DNA from: Alistipes sp.
GTDB lineage: Bacteria; Bacteroidota; Bacteroidia; Bacteroidales; Rikenellaceae
Assembly (NCBI GenBank): GCA_017521945.1
Contig: JAFXBB010000126.1
Location: forward strand, 1-52,981
Direction: 5' to 3'
DNA length: 52,981 bases
Positions 28,592-38,975 of the stretch are shown piece by piece; positions within the stretch are counted from its first letter, which is position 1; every line of letters begins with the position of its first letter. A model generated the notes under the pieces. The model was not told where the DNA came from, did not search any database, and was given only the letters and a program-made list of their open reading frames with translations. Both the position numbers and the translations under genes were made by a program.

Positions 28592-30892
28592 ATGAGAATT
28601 AAAAATCTATTTTTAGCACTTCTCGCTTTGCCACTTATGTTCGTGGCATGTAACGAGGATAAGCCTGTTGACGAGGTGAAGGATGCTACAGTTACTGTGA
28701 CAGCAGGCACAGCTACTGAGAACACACTAAGCTTCACTGTTGCATCTACAAATGCAGAGAAGGTTGCTTATTTGGTTGTTGAGGGCGATGCTCCAACAGC
28801 TTCTGAGGTGCTTGCAAATGGTACTGCCGTTGATGCTAATAAGAGCGTTGAGCTTACAGCTACTGAGCTTAAGGCTGAGACTAAGTACACTATCGTTGCG
28901 GCTGCACAGAACAGCAAGGGCGTAGTTAAGAACTCTATCGAGATGACTACACTTGCTGCTGAGACTCCAGGCCCAGGTCCAGGCCCAGGTCCAGATACAA
29001 AGGTTGAGTTTGTTGCATCAAACCTCGCCGCTGATTACTCTGACGAGGAGGGTATGCACATCTACGGCATCATGCTTGGCGACAAGGAGTTCGGCGATAA
29101 CGGCTGGGGTGTTGATGGTGGTACTTACTTCACAATCTTCATTCTTACAGCTTCAAAGGGCAATGGTGTCCTTCCTAATGGTCAATACGCTCTTGGCGAG
29201 GAGGGAGGCTACACAACAAACACTATCCTCTACGACTACTCATACCGTCACCAGATGGCTAATGGCACAATGGTAAATAGCATGGAGATATTCAAAGAGG
29301 GTTATATCACTATCTCTGATGGCAAGATTGAGGGTGAGTTTGTGCTTGATCGCGATGATTCTGTTCATCATGTAGTATACGAGGGCGACCTCTCAGTAGA
29401 TGATGGCGGCAGCCAAGCTCCAGTAGAGTTTGAGGCAACACACATAGCTGATAAGTGGTTGTGGGGCGGCTCATCAAACTATGGTAACAAGTATCAGGTT
29501 GTAGGCGAGGGCTTCTCAGTAGATGTTCACCTCCCAGCGCAGTTTGCTCAGGAGTACTCACTCACAGCTGGCGACTACACTTGGACCTCTACCACAATGT
29601 TTGGCTACAACGACTTCGAGAATGAGTTCACAACACGCTCATTAACTGTTGACGGCACATCAGTAGCTGTTGACGCTGGTAATCTCCTTGTTGCTAACGA
29701 GGGAGAGGAGTATCACATTGAGATGACTTTGGTTGGTCGTGATGGCTTCACATATATGATTGAGTTCAACGGCAAACTCAACGAGAAGGAGGATGTCGGT
29801 GGTTCAGATATCGTGATAACATCACTTGCTGAGGGCGAATTTAACAGCTCATACGGCTGGTACACCTTTAAGGGCTCTAACGACACCGTTACATTCGACC
29901 TTATCGTAAACGACTATCAGTCAACAGCAACATCTATCAACGCAGGTAGCTTCAGTTATGCTCCTATGAAGAGCTTCGCTGGCACTGATGGTTACTTCTT
30001 CGTTGACAACTTCAAGATGGATGGCATCAAGTATAAGCCAATGGTAAACTCAACAATGGTTGTAACCAACGATGGTGATAATGTAGGCATTACACTCAAC
30101 CTCTATATGGACTCTGGCGATGAGCTTGTTGTAGTGTACAATGGTCCTATTGGTGAGGGCGGCAACACTCCAGCCGAGCCTACAAAGCTTGAGACACCTT
30201 CAGTATCGGGTCTTGTTGAGGGCAACGCAGCAACAATCAGCTGGCAGACCGTAGCAGGTGCTAAGGATTACTCAGTATCGCTCAACGGCACATTCTTGCA
30301 GACCGTAGAGACTACCTACATCATTTTGAGCGACCTTGAGTACTCTACAACTTACAGCGTATCGGTTGTAGCTAACCCTGCCGACACAGCTGTTAATTCA
30401 GCTTCTGACGCAGGTACTGCATCGTTCACAACTGAGGCTGACCCCAACGCAGGTGGCGGTGACGAGCCTGAGAATCCTGGCGATGGCGGTGAGGATGATA
30501 ACGCAATAGTATTCAGCTCATGCACATACTTAGAGAATGTATATGGCATGTTGAAGCATTACAAGTTTGTAAGTGCCGACGAGCAGAATGTTGTACACAT
30601 TTTTATGAATTCTAATAATAGTGGTACAGCAACACATTATATTCCTGTGGGCGACTACACTAACGACTCAATGAACAATACAGCACAAGGAACCACATTC
30701 TTTAACATGGACTGCAATGTTGGTGATTCAACAATTGCAGATACCATGATTAACGGTGAAAATTTTGCAAATGGTATTACAACAGACTCTAATAACACAA
30801 TGTCTGTCACAGAGGCATCTAATGGTGGACACCACGAAATAGTGTTCGTTATTAAGGGTACTACATTCCGTTTTAGCGGCACAATTCAGTAG
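28592..30892 (+). CDS. multidomain surface lipoprotein (FN3-like and beta-rich repeats)
   Basis: FVAC lipobox + NEDK, FN3-like LKAETKY and LEYSTTY segments, (PG)4 linker, modules ending YEGDL/FNGKL/YNGPI. Confidence 0.85.
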   Translation: MRIKNLFLALLALPLMFVACNEDKPVDEVKDATVTVTAGTATENTLSFTVASTNAEKVAYLVVEGDAPTASEVLANGTAVDANKSVELTATELKAETKYTIVAAAQNSKGVVKNSIEMTTLAAETPGPGPGPGPDTKVEFVASNLAADYSDEEGMHIYGIMLGDKEFGDNGWGVDGGTYFTIFILTASKGNGVLPNGQYALGEEGGYTTNTILYDYSYRHQMANGTMVNSMEIFKEGYITISDGKIEGEFVLDRDDSVHHVVYEGDLSVDDGGSQAPVEFEATHIADKWLWGGSSNYGNKYQVVGEGFSVDVHLPAQFAQEYSLTAGDYTWTSTTMFGYNDFENEFTTRSLTVDGTSVAVDAGNLLVANEGEEYHIEMTLVGRDGFTYMIEFNGKLNEKEDVGGSDIVITSLAEGEFNSSYGWYTFKGSNDTVTFDLIVNDYQSTATSINAGSFSYAPMKSFAGTDGYFFVDNFKMDGIKYKPMVNSTMVVTNDGDNVGITLNLYMDSGDELVVVYNGPIGEGGNTPAEPTKLETPSVSGLVEGNAATISWQTVAGAKDYSVSLNGTFLQTVETTYIILSDLEYSTTYSVSVVANPADTAVNSASDAGTASFTTEADPNAGGGDEPENPGDGGEDDNAIVFSSCTYLENVYGMLKHYKFVSADEQNVVHIFMNSNNSGTATHYIPVGDYTNDSMNNTAQGTTFFNMDCNVGDSTIADTMINGENFANGITTDSNNTMSVTEASNGGHHEIVFVIKGTTFRFSGTIQ
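28967..28994 (+). repeat. in-frame (CCAGGY)n repeat encoding a Pro-Gly linker
   Basis: ccaggc ccaggt ccaggc ccaggt ccag. Confidence 0.8.
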
Positions 30893-30918
30893 TAGTTAAT
30901 ATACTAAATCCTATTCTT

Positions 30919-30955
30919 TCGGAGCTTTCCCGCAAGGGAGGCTCCGATTTTTTTT
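30919..30955 (+). terminator. intrinsic terminator
   Basis: TCGGAGCTTTCCC-GCAA-GGGAGGCTCCGA followed by T8. Confidence 0.9.
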
Positions 30956-31041
30956 GATGACAATTGAGACCTTTAAGAAAATTAAGATGGTTGCGGACAA
31001 CGATGTGATACCTGACCTCGTAATGGTCCTAATAGTCCTAA
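30956..31041. repeat. degenerate 9-bp-periodic element
   Basis: GCGGACAACGATGTGATACCTGACCTCG core resembling 39075-39116, with 9-mer arms (AATGGTCCT AATAGTCCT). Confidence 0.5.
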
Positions 31042-31170
31042 GATACAACAGAAAAAGGCTCAATACCCCCCTTGAACAACCCGTTGATGATACAAATTAG
31101 CCTATTTGTTTGAATTTTGTAATATTTTTCTTAATTTTGCAAAAGAATTAAATAATCCCTAATTAATATA

Positions 31171-32535
31171 ATGTGTCCTATGAAAAGATTTGCAATGTTA
31201 TTTGCACTATGTAGCATACTATTTGCTGCATGCGACAAAGAGACTGGTGGGAATGAGCCACAAAAGGTGGCAGTTGAGAGCGTCATAGTTGACCCAACCA
31301 GCATAGAGTTGGGCATTAACGAGGAGGTGGAGCTAAATGTTGAGGTGCTTCCCGTAGATGCTGACTATGCCATCGAGTGGATTACTACAAACGCAGATGT
31401 TGTAGCAGTTACCGATGGTCGTATCAAGGGTATTGCCCCAGGTACAGCCATAGTTATGGCGAAAGCGGGTGACAAGACAGGCAGCTGCACAGTATCGGTT
31501 GTGGGTATACCTGTGGAGTCTGTAACCCTCGACTACCATGAGTTTGAGATTGAGGAGGGCAACAACTTTACATTTTCGGCAACCGTTCTTCCAGAGAATG
31601 CCGACAACAAGTCTATTATATGGAGCTCCTCAGCGCCAGATATCGTTAGAGTAAATGGCGCAGGTCAGATTACAGCACTTCGCGGAGGTGTGGCAACAAT
31701 CACCGCAAAGGCTGGCAAGCACACAGACGAGTGCGTTGTGACCGTTACGGCTGCTCCTCTTGGCGTGGGTTACTACTACTACTCAGACGGCACATGGTCA
31801 CAATCTCTTGACCCAACTCGCACTCCTATAGGTATTGTATTCTATGTTGGCGATATCACAGAGACTGACCCAACACTTAAGGCTGACCATCCAAATTGTA
31901 CTCACGGTCTTGTTGTAGCACTTGACGAGATTAATGGTATTCCATGGCAGCGCAACTACAAATCAACAATAGACGAGAATACCCAAGAGGTTCTTGCTGA
32001 GGGTTATGACGACACCATTGGTCGCTGGTTGGAGATAAACACTGATTTCGAGACTATCACTTCAGGTTATGAGATGGGCGACAAGCTCAATCGCCCAATG
32101 GGCTACCACAACACCAAGGCTATCGAGGCTTTCAACAATGCTGAGGGCAATCAGCAGTGGCGAGTAACAGCAGTCGATTGGATTGTGGAGTACCGCACAA
32201 AGGTTGCAGCCCCAGAGCAGAGTAGCGGTTGGTACTTAGGCTCTTCTAAGGAGATGTCACTCCTCGTATCAGGCGAATATGACAAGAACATTTGGGATAT
32301 TGGCGAGTCAGGCACCTCTATACAGAATAAGAAGGATATCAACGAGAAGATTGCTATGATTGAGGGAGCTACCCAGATCGGTGTTGCAATTCCTGTTATG
32401 ATGTTCTACTGGACAAGTACAGAGTTTACATGGGAGTTTGCCGGCGGTATGTTACCTATGAATGGTCGAGCACTTCAGATGTTCAAGGGCGATGACCAAG
32501 CATTTTATAGCGCGCGTGCAATCCTTGCATTCTAA
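31171..32535 (+). CDS. lipoprotein with two Big_2 Ig-like domains and a C-terminal DUF1566/CLec-like domain
   Basis: FAAC lipobox; two VESV...LP..A...W.....V...G.I repeats; YYYSDGT, PIGIVF, WYLGSSKE, YWTSTE, terminal RAILAF; promoter TAATTTTG 31132-31139. Confidence 0.82.
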   Translation: MCPMKRFAMLFALCSILFAACDKETGGNEPQKVAVESVIVDPTSIELGINEEVELNVEVLPVDADYAIEWITTNADVVAVTDGRIKGIAPGTAIVMAKAGDKTGSCTVSVVGIPVESVTLDYHEFEIEEGNNFTFSATVLPENADNKSIIWSSSAPDIVRVNGAGQITALRGGVATITAKAGKHTDECVVTVTAAPLGVGYYYYSDGTWSQSLDPTRTPIGIVFYVGDITETDPTLKADHPNCTHGLVVALDEINGIPWQRNYKSTIDENTQEVLAEGYDDTIGRWLEINTDFETITSGYEMGDKLNRPMGYHNTKAIEAFNNAEGNQQWRVTAVDWIVEYRTKVAAPEQSSGWYLGSSKEMSLLVSGEYDKNIWDIGESGTSIQNKKDINEKIAMIEGATQIGVAIPVMMFYWTSTEFTWEFAGGMLPMNGRALQMFKGDDQAFYSARAILAF

Positions 32536-32557
32536 CGAGCATATAACATTATATCAC

Positions 32558-32593
32558 ATGGGGATGACTAAAGAGTAAATTGGTCATCCCCAT
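32558..32593 (+). terminator. REP-like hairpin copy 4, acting as terminator
   Basis: ATGGGGATGACTAA...TTGGTCATCCCCAT+TTT after stop codon. Confidence 0.75.
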
Positions 32594-32665
32594 TTTGTAA
32601 TGAGGTGATAAAAAAGGTATAAATATTCCAACCATTCACTTATATCCGCAAAAAACATCACTAAA

Positions 32666-32696
32666 TTTGTCTATACGAATTATTGTTGTACCTTTG
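32666..32696 (+). promoter_or_regulatory. sigma-A promoter (-33 TTTG, -7 TACCTTTG)
   Basis: Both consensus elements, 19-nt spacing. Confidence 0.75.
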
Positions 32697-32746
32697 CTAC
32701 GACCTAATGGTCGGAATATGAAGAGAAAACACAAATAATTACTAAA

Positions 32747-34180
32747 ATGAAAAACACTATTAAACTACTTATGTGTGCCTTATTTGCATTTGCATTTGCA
32801 TTTGCAAGTTGCACACCTAACGAGGAGAATAAGTCTGATTTCAACTTCTTCCTCAGCGTAAAGGGCAATACAATCGTTGCGACATGGAGTGCTGTGGATG
32901 GCAGTGCGTATTATGAGCTTCAACTCAATGATAACGAGGCTGTCAAGACCAACAAGCTCATTTTCGAGTTTACGGAGTTGAGTTATAATACCACTTACAC
33001 AGTAAAGTTTAATGCAATAAATGCTGCGGGCGAGTCTATAAAGAGTGATGAGAAGAGCATTGAGATTGGCGCACGAGTTATACCTGCATATCGTGAGTGG
33101 ACACCAACGAACGGAGCCTCTGCTATGGCAATTTCGAACAATGGACGCTATGTCGTTGGTGGCTACGACCATCAGGGTATGATTATCGACCTCGATACCG
33201 ATGAGATGACTCTAACCGAGGCTTTCGAGCTTTACGATGTTTCGGACAATGGTATTGCAGTTGGCTCATACCACGGTGATATTGTTGATGGCGTAGCTGC
33301 TGTTTGGAATAATGGAGAGATAAAGGTTGTCGACCTAAGCAACCTCACTCCAAATAACAAAATGAGTAATCTTACAGGTATCACACCTGACGGCACATAC
33401 GCTGTGGGTTGGTATTGGGACTGGGATAGCACCGAGGAGACACCATCATACCTATCAACAATCTATGGTTCGATTATTCCTTTCTGCTATGACCTTGAGA
33501 AGGACAAGATTACACTTCCTAAGGAGGGTAACAACCTATTTGGCAGAGGTAGTGGTGCTATGTCATTGACTGCAGTAGCTCCAGATCGTTCAATTCTCGG
33601 TTGCGACCAGACCCACAACATCATGGTAGACCTTATCTGGGAGAATGAGAAGACAGGTTATGAGTATACAAAGCTTGAGACTGATGATGAGGGTTACCTT
33701 ACTTACGGCATGGGCGACACCAACAACCGCTTCTCACCAAGTGGTAGATATGTATATGGTATATCAAGCACATACACCGAGACACCACAGATCAACCACC
33801 CAACCATCTATGACCGCACCACTAAAGAGGTTACTCTATTCGGCAATATGGGTTATGTCTCGGCTATGACTGACGATGGAGTTGTATTCCTCAATGACGC
33901 ACCATACGGCTGGGGTACAACAGTATTCGTAGTCGACACCGCCAAGGGTGGCGAGCCTACAGAGTGGGAGAGTCTCGAGGATTGGATTAAGAGAGAGTAT
34001 AATATCGACCTTGCCAAGTTTGAGCCAAGCACAGATACAGAGCCTGATACCACTTACGAGTTGGATGGTTCAATCATCGTTGGAACATCTGCTGACGGTC
34101 GCAAGTTGCTTGGTATCACTTCAACAATGAGTGGCTATGTAAACTTCGTTATCGACCTTGATGGCGTACCTGCAGAGTAA
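32747..34180 (+). CDS. lipoprotein with FN3 domain and beta-propeller
   Basis: FASC lipobox, LSYNTTY FN3 motif, repeats ISNNGRYVVG / VSDNG / ITPDG / FSPSGRY / SADGR. Confidence 0.83.
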   Translation: MKNTIKLLMCALFAFAFAFASCTPNEENKSDFNFFLSVKGNTIVATWSAVDGSAYYELQLNDNEAVKTNKLIFEFTELSYNTTYTVKFNAINAAGESIKSDEKSIEIGARVIPAYREWTPTNGASAMAISNNGRYVVGGYDHQGMIIDLDTDEMTLTEAFELYDVSDNGIAVGSYHGDIVDGVAAVWNNGEIKVVDLSNLTPNNKMSNLTGITPDGTYAVGWYWDWDSTEETPSYLSTIYGSIIPFCYDLEKDKITLPKEGNNLFGRGSGAMSLTAVAPDRSILGCDQTHNIMVDLIWENEKTGYEYTKLETDDEGYLTYGMGDTNNRFSPSGRYVYGISSTYTETPQINHPTIYDRTTKEVTLFGNMGYVSAMTDDGVVFLNDAPYGWGTTVFVVDTAKGGEPTEWESLEDWIKREYNIDLAKFEPSTDTEPDTTYELDGSIIVGTSADGRKLLGITSTMSGYVNFVIDLDGVPAE

Positions 34181-34200
34181 TTCACATTTTGCTAAATACA

Positions 34201-34238
34201 AAAAGAGTGGTTGGAGCATCGGCTTTAACCACTCTTTT
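34201..34238 (+). terminator. intrinsic terminator
   Basis: AAAAGAGTGGTT...AACCACTCTTTT. Confidence 0.8.
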
Positions 34239-34269
34239 GCATTATAGAAAATTTTCGTATTTTTGCACT

Positions 34270-35160
34270 ATGATACGACTATCTCTTATTATTGCAACAT
34301 ACAACCGCGCCGAGCAGCTTATGGTAACACTCGCCTCTGTTGGAGAGCAGAACGCTAAACCCTCGTTATGGGAGTGCATCATTGTGGATAACAACTCCCG
34401 AGACAACACCCAAGAGCGCGTAGCAGAGTTCGCTAAAGAGCATCCTACACTCAATATCCGCTACTGCTTTGAGCCAAATCAGGGTCTGTCCTACGCACGA
34501 AACAAAGGTATTAGCGAGGCTAAGGGTGATATCATCGCCTTTATTGATGATGACGAGCGCATCGTAGCGGAGTTTATCAACTCCTACATAAAACTCTTTG
34601 ATGAGCATCCCGATGCGATGGCGGCGGGTGGTAAGATTATCGCCGAGTACCCCACAGGACGACCTCGCTGGATGTCCCACTACACCGAGCGCCCTATAGC
34701 CAACCCTATGGACTTTGGCGACTACATAACCCCATTCCCCAAGGGACGCATCCCGGGAGGTGGTAATATGGCAATGCGTCGCGAGTTGTTTGACAGCGTA
34801 GGCGTGTTTGACACCTCGCTGGGGCGTATGGGAGGTAAGCTTATAGGTGGTGAGGAGAGCGAACTCTTCGAGCGTATATATAGCTTAGGGATGAAGTGCT
34901 ACTACGCACCCCGAGCCGTTATGTATCATATAATCCCCGCCGAGAAACTCACAACCGAATACTTCGAGCGTCTATGCTACAATACGGGCGTAAGTCAACT
35001 CACACGCGCCAAGATACACAATCGCATAACTCAGCTCTATATTGGTGAGGCGATGAAGTGGTGTGCTACCCTGCTCCTATGCCTACTCCACCGCCCTGCA
35101 CAGTCGCGACACCTTATAAAGATGCGTCGTGAGATAACAAGAGGCATACTCCAAAGGTAA
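34270..35160 (+). CDS. GT2 family glycosyltransferase
   Basis: SLIIATYNR, VDNNSRD, GLSYARN, FIDDD, GGEESE; ATG at 34270 right after TATTTTTG (34258-34265). Confidence 0.92.
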   Translation: MIRLSLIIATYNRAEQLMVTLASVGEQNAKPSLWECIIVDNNSRDNTQERVAEFAKEHPTLNIRYCFEPNQGLSYARNKGISEAKGDIIAFIDDDERIVAEFINSYIKLFDEHPDAMAAGGKIIAEYPTGRPRWMSHYTERPIANPMDFGDYITPFPKGRIPGGGNMAMRRELFDSVGVFDTSLGRMGGKLIGGEESELFERIYSLGMKCYYAPRAVMYHIIPAEKLTTEYFERLCYNTGVSQLTRAKIHNRITQLYIGEAMKWCATLLLCLLHRPAQSRHLIKMRREITRGILQR

Positions 35161-35310
35161 GGGCATGTATATATGATTTGGGTATCATAATTAGGGTTGT
35201 TACGCAAACTTTTATACGCCAATCCCTATAATCGCCATTTTTTTACTATCTTTGTGTAATTATATTGAACAAATGTGTAATAAATAGATAAAATATTAAA
35301 ATAAACAGCT

Positions 35311-37629
35311 ATGAAAAAATTTATGTATCTACTCTTCGCCTTGCCACTTTTGTTTGCGGCATGCCAAGAGCCTGACTCAAATGTTGACAAGCCACAGCCA
35401 CAGCTGAACTTGTCTACCGTTAGAATGGAGTTCCTTGCCGAGGGTGGCGAGGCATCAATTGACTACACCATTGACAACCCTATTAGTGGCGTAGAGCTTA
35501 GCTATGAGTGCGAGGCTGATTGGATTGAGGAGCTTGCTATTGGAGAGGATAAGATTACCTTTACCGTGGCAAAGAATGTGCGTGGCGAGCGAACCACGAC
35601 AATAACCTTCAAGTATGATACTATCACTAAAGAGGTAAGCGTTAAGCAGTACTCTGACGGTGGCGACTACGAGACATCACTAACTCTTGAGCCTTCGGAT
35701 AAGGTTGCATTTGGTCGTGAGGGTGGTCAGGGTCTTATCAAGTACACCTTGAAGAACCCTATCGAAGGGGTAGCGCTTGAGGCTCGATGCGAAGCTGCGT
35801 GGATTTCTGACATTACAATCACCACAAAGAATATCAACTTCATAGTGGCAGCAAACAACACAGGCGATAATCGCAGTACGACCCTTGTGATTACATACGA
35901 TACGCTTTCATACGAGATTGCTATCGAGCAGTCTAAGGAGGATGCTATCAACACCGTAGAGCTACACATGGATTGGGCTACACGCGTTGCAAGTTCCGAG
36001 TTTGGTCTTCCAAACAACTACTTCTGCCTGACCTTCGGCGACAACAACGAACTTACGCAGTTCGCCTTATCATTGGTTAGCAACGAAGGAAGCGATGTTC
36101 TTAAGGGGGGCGTCTACACACCTTTGACAGAGGACCTACTCCTCGAAGGCACCCAGTTATTTATCTTCACCGAGGGCGACAAACCTATCACATTTATCAA
36201 TGGTCGCGCAACTGTGGAGGTTGAGGAGAATATCTACAAATTCGACATCTATCTATCACATCAAGATGGAACATCTTACCACATTACCTACGAGGGCGAG
36301 GTATCGCGCATGGCTATTGACCCTTCAAACTTCGTACCATACTCTGTTGTGGCGGTATCATGGTGGAACCCAGGCAACTTCTCACTTCAGCTCTACATCA
36401 ACATGGCCTATTGCCACGAGTTGGATATGTATGACCTGATTGGCAATAGCAAAGACTACCTTGCCGAGGGTGTTTACACATTGGCACAATCGGGAGGTAA
36501 TGGCAAGAAACAATATATTGACAGCTCATGGGCCAAGTATAGCAATGGCGACGGCACCAACGAGTGGCTTGCAGATGCCGAGATTGAAATCAAGCACAAC
36601 AATAAGCGTACAACAACCATCAAGGGCTTCCTAAAGACCGAGAGTGGTATTGTAGTAAACATCGACTGGACAGGTGTTGTCGAGGGCTTCGATCTTACAG
36701 GTTATGTTGCTCCAGAGCCAGATTTGGACTACGAGCTTACAGCATCACACCTTAAGGGCGACTACTTCCCTGCGGGCGTTAACGGCAACTCGTTGAACAA
36801 CTACAACTTTACACTTTCAGATACGCCTATCAACCGCAACTACCCTGCTCCCGGCTCTGTGAACTTCAACTTTGACCTTTACTCGGATATTGCCTCGGAG
36901 GATAACACCATCCCTAATGGCACCTACACCTTCGACGCTACAAACAGCAAGGCAGCAGGCACGGCTTGTGGCAAGAACACCTTAGGTTTCAAGGTTGACC
37001 TTTCGGGCGACAAGCACTCTAAGGATTGGAAGTTCGTGGAGGGTAGCGTTGTGGTGAGCGACGGCAATATCGAGGCTCTATTTACCACCGACAGTGGCAA
37101 GAGTGTCACTTTGCACTACAATGGCGACCTTACACTTCGTCCATACTCACCAGACAACAACTACGATGCGGTATCTCGCCTTTATAAGGATGTGACGCTC
37201 AACATCACTGACGCAACAATCGATGCGTATAACTCTGGTAACTGGTACAAGACCGATGGTGCAGACAACTGGACTGTAACACTCTTCGAGAATGAGTCTA
37301 AGCGCGACGGTGTGGTCATCGCACTTGAGTTCTTCGCCGATAAGAGCGTTGGTGGTTGGGACTTTACATACAAGGCTGTAGCCGAGAAGAATCTAAATAA
37401 CAAAGAGGCGTATATGAACTCATTCCTTGCGGGTTATCTGATTGGCACTACACCTGCAGGCTCATGGTACAAGGTCCTCGACGCAGATGGTAACCCAACA
37501 TCTGAGATGGCACCAATCGTAGGCGGCACAATCGATGTCAAGAGCAACGACGATGGCACTAAGACCATCACATTCGATTGCGTTGACGATGCAGGTTATA
37601 AGATTACCGGCAGTGTAACTACAAAGTAG
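35311..37629 (+). CDS. BACON x2 multidomain surface lipoprotein (B-B-X-Y-Z-C)
   Basis: FAAC lipobox; two EGG...YT...CEA.WI...R...Q BACON repeats; C-terminal TFDCVDDAGYKITG; promoter TATCTTTG 35247-35254. Confidence 0.87.
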   Translation: MKKFMYLLFALPLLFAACQEPDSNVDKPQPQLNLSTVRMEFLAEGGEASIDYTIDNPISGVELSYECEADWIEELAIGEDKITFTVAKNVRGERTTTITFKYDTITKEVSVKQYSDGGDYETSLTLEPSDKVAFGREGGQGLIKYTLKNPIEGVALEARCEAAWISDITITTKNINFIVAANNTGDNRSTTLVITYDTLSYEIAIEQSKEDAINTVELHMDWATRVASSEFGLPNNYFCLTFGDNNELTQFALSLVSNEGSDVLKGGVYTPLTEDLLLEGTQLFIFTEGDKPITFINGRATVEVEENIYKFDIYLSHQDGTSYHITYEGEVSRMAIDPSNFVPYSVVAVSWWNPGNFSLQLYINMAYCHELDMYDLIGNSKDYLAEGVYTLAQSGGNGKKQYIDSSWAKYSNGDGTNEWLADAEIEIKHNNKRTTTIKGFLKTESGIVVNIDWTGVVEGFDLTGYVAPEPDLDYELTASHLKGDYFPAGVNGNSLNNYNFTLSDTPINRNYPAPGSVNFNFDLYSDIASEDNTIPNGTYTFDATNSKAAGTACGKNTLGFKVDLSGDKHSKDWKFVEGSVVVSDGNIEALFTTDSGKSVTLHYNGDLTLRPYSPDNNYDAVSRLYKDVTLNITDATIDAYNSGNWYKTDGADNWTVTLFENESKRDGVVIALEFFADKSVGGWDFTYKAVAEKNLNNKEAYMNSFLAGYLIGTTPAGSWYKVLDADGNPTSEMAPIVGGTIDVKSNDDGTKTITFDCVDDAGYKITGSVTTK

Positions 37630-37653
37630 ACAGCCATATAAACAATCGCACAA

Positions 37654-38937
37654 ATGAGAACAACCACTCATATTATAAGGATATTTCTCTATCTTCTCCT
37701 TGCCGTGCCATTCATCTTCGTAGGCTGCGAACGCACACCACAAACCGAGAATGGAGGTAAGGAGGAGGAGAATCTTCCTAAGATTAATCTCTCGACACAG
37801 CAGGTAAGATTATCAGCTGAGGGAGGAGAGTTCAACATCACCTACACCATTGAGAATGAGAGGGAGAACATGGAGCTTAGTGCGACATGCGAGGCTATAT
37901 GGATTAGGGATATCAACATCACCAAGGAGAATATCACCTTCACGGTGGATGATAATGAGTATGACCATCGCCAAACCATACTAAAACTCAGCTATGACAC
38001 CATTACCGAGGAGGTGGTTATCGAGCAGGAGGCTTTCGACGGCATCAACTTTAGGGCAACAATCCTAAGTGGTGAGTACTACTCTGCAGAGTCGCTCTAT
38101 TGGAGCGCCCACAACTACTACTTCACACTTTCGGATGCTGTCATCGACCGTAACAACCCCGTACCAAACTCCACCTATTTCTATTTTGACCTCTACTCAG
38201 AGAGTGCTACAGAGGATTTTACCATACCTCAGGGCAGATACACCTATGACCCAGAGAGTCAATGGCTTGCAGGCACACTCAATGGAGGCAAAACCTATGG
38301 TTTTAGAATTAACAGCTTGGGTACAGACTACGCCGAGAAGTACTTCTTTACCGAGGGAGAGGTTGTTGTAAGCGAGAATAGTATTGAAGCTCGTTTTCTG
38401 CGCGACGATGGCAAGAGGGTGATAATCAGCTATGAGGGGGAGCTTACAGTAACAAATAGAAGCCCCGTGGATGAGGAGTATCTCTCAACGCTCAGTGGCG
38501 ATGTTGAGCTTAACTGCACAGATATGTTACTATCTGCCAACTACTACGGCAGCTACTACACATCCGACACCGACAACTGGACAATACGCCTATATGAGGA
38601 TCCCAATATGCTGAACGGTATCTTCATCCAGCTTGAATTGCTTGCCGACCCATCGGGCGACTGGAACCTAAACTATCACGCCTTGGAGGATAACTCTTTT
38701 ACAAATCCTGAGCAGTATATTAACACATTTATCAAAGGGTATCTAAATAGCGGCCAGATTGCAGGCTCGTGGTACGCCGTACTTGAGGGTGGTGCTATCA
38801 ACTACAACATGGCACCTATAACAGGCGGCACGATTGATGTGATATTCAACACCGATGGCTCAAAGAGTTTTATTCTCGACTGCACGGATGATGCTGGCAA
38901 TAAAATATCTGGCATACTCAACGGCTCTGCAAAGTAG
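37654..38937 (+). CDS. BACON surface lipoprotein (B-Z-C)
   Basis: FVGC lipobox; one BACON; NYYFTLSD/FDLYS module; C-terminal LDCTDDAGNKISG. Confidence 0.87.
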   Translation: MRTTTHIIRIFLYLLLAVPFIFVGCERTPQTENGGKEEENLPKINLSTQQVRLSAEGGEFNITYTIENERENMELSATCEAIWIRDINITKENITFTVDDNEYDHRQTILKLSYDTITEEVVIEQEAFDGINFRATILSGEYYSAESLYWSAHNYYFTLSDAVIDRNNPVPNSTYFYFDLYSESATEDFTIPQGRYTYDPESQWLAGTLNGGKTYGFRINSLGTDYAEKYFFTEGEVVVSENSIEARFLRDDGKRVIISYEGELTVTNRSPVDEEYLSTLSGDVELNCTDMLLSANYYGSYYTSDTDNWTIRLYEDPNMLNGIFIQLELLADPSGDWNLNYHALEDNSFTNPEQYINTFIKGYLNSGQIAGSWYAVLEGGAINYNMAPITGGTIDVIFNTDGSKSFILDCTDDAGNKISGILNGSAK

Positions 38938-38975
38938 GGCAAAGAGTAATTGAAGGTGGTTTTTATAAGGTAAGA

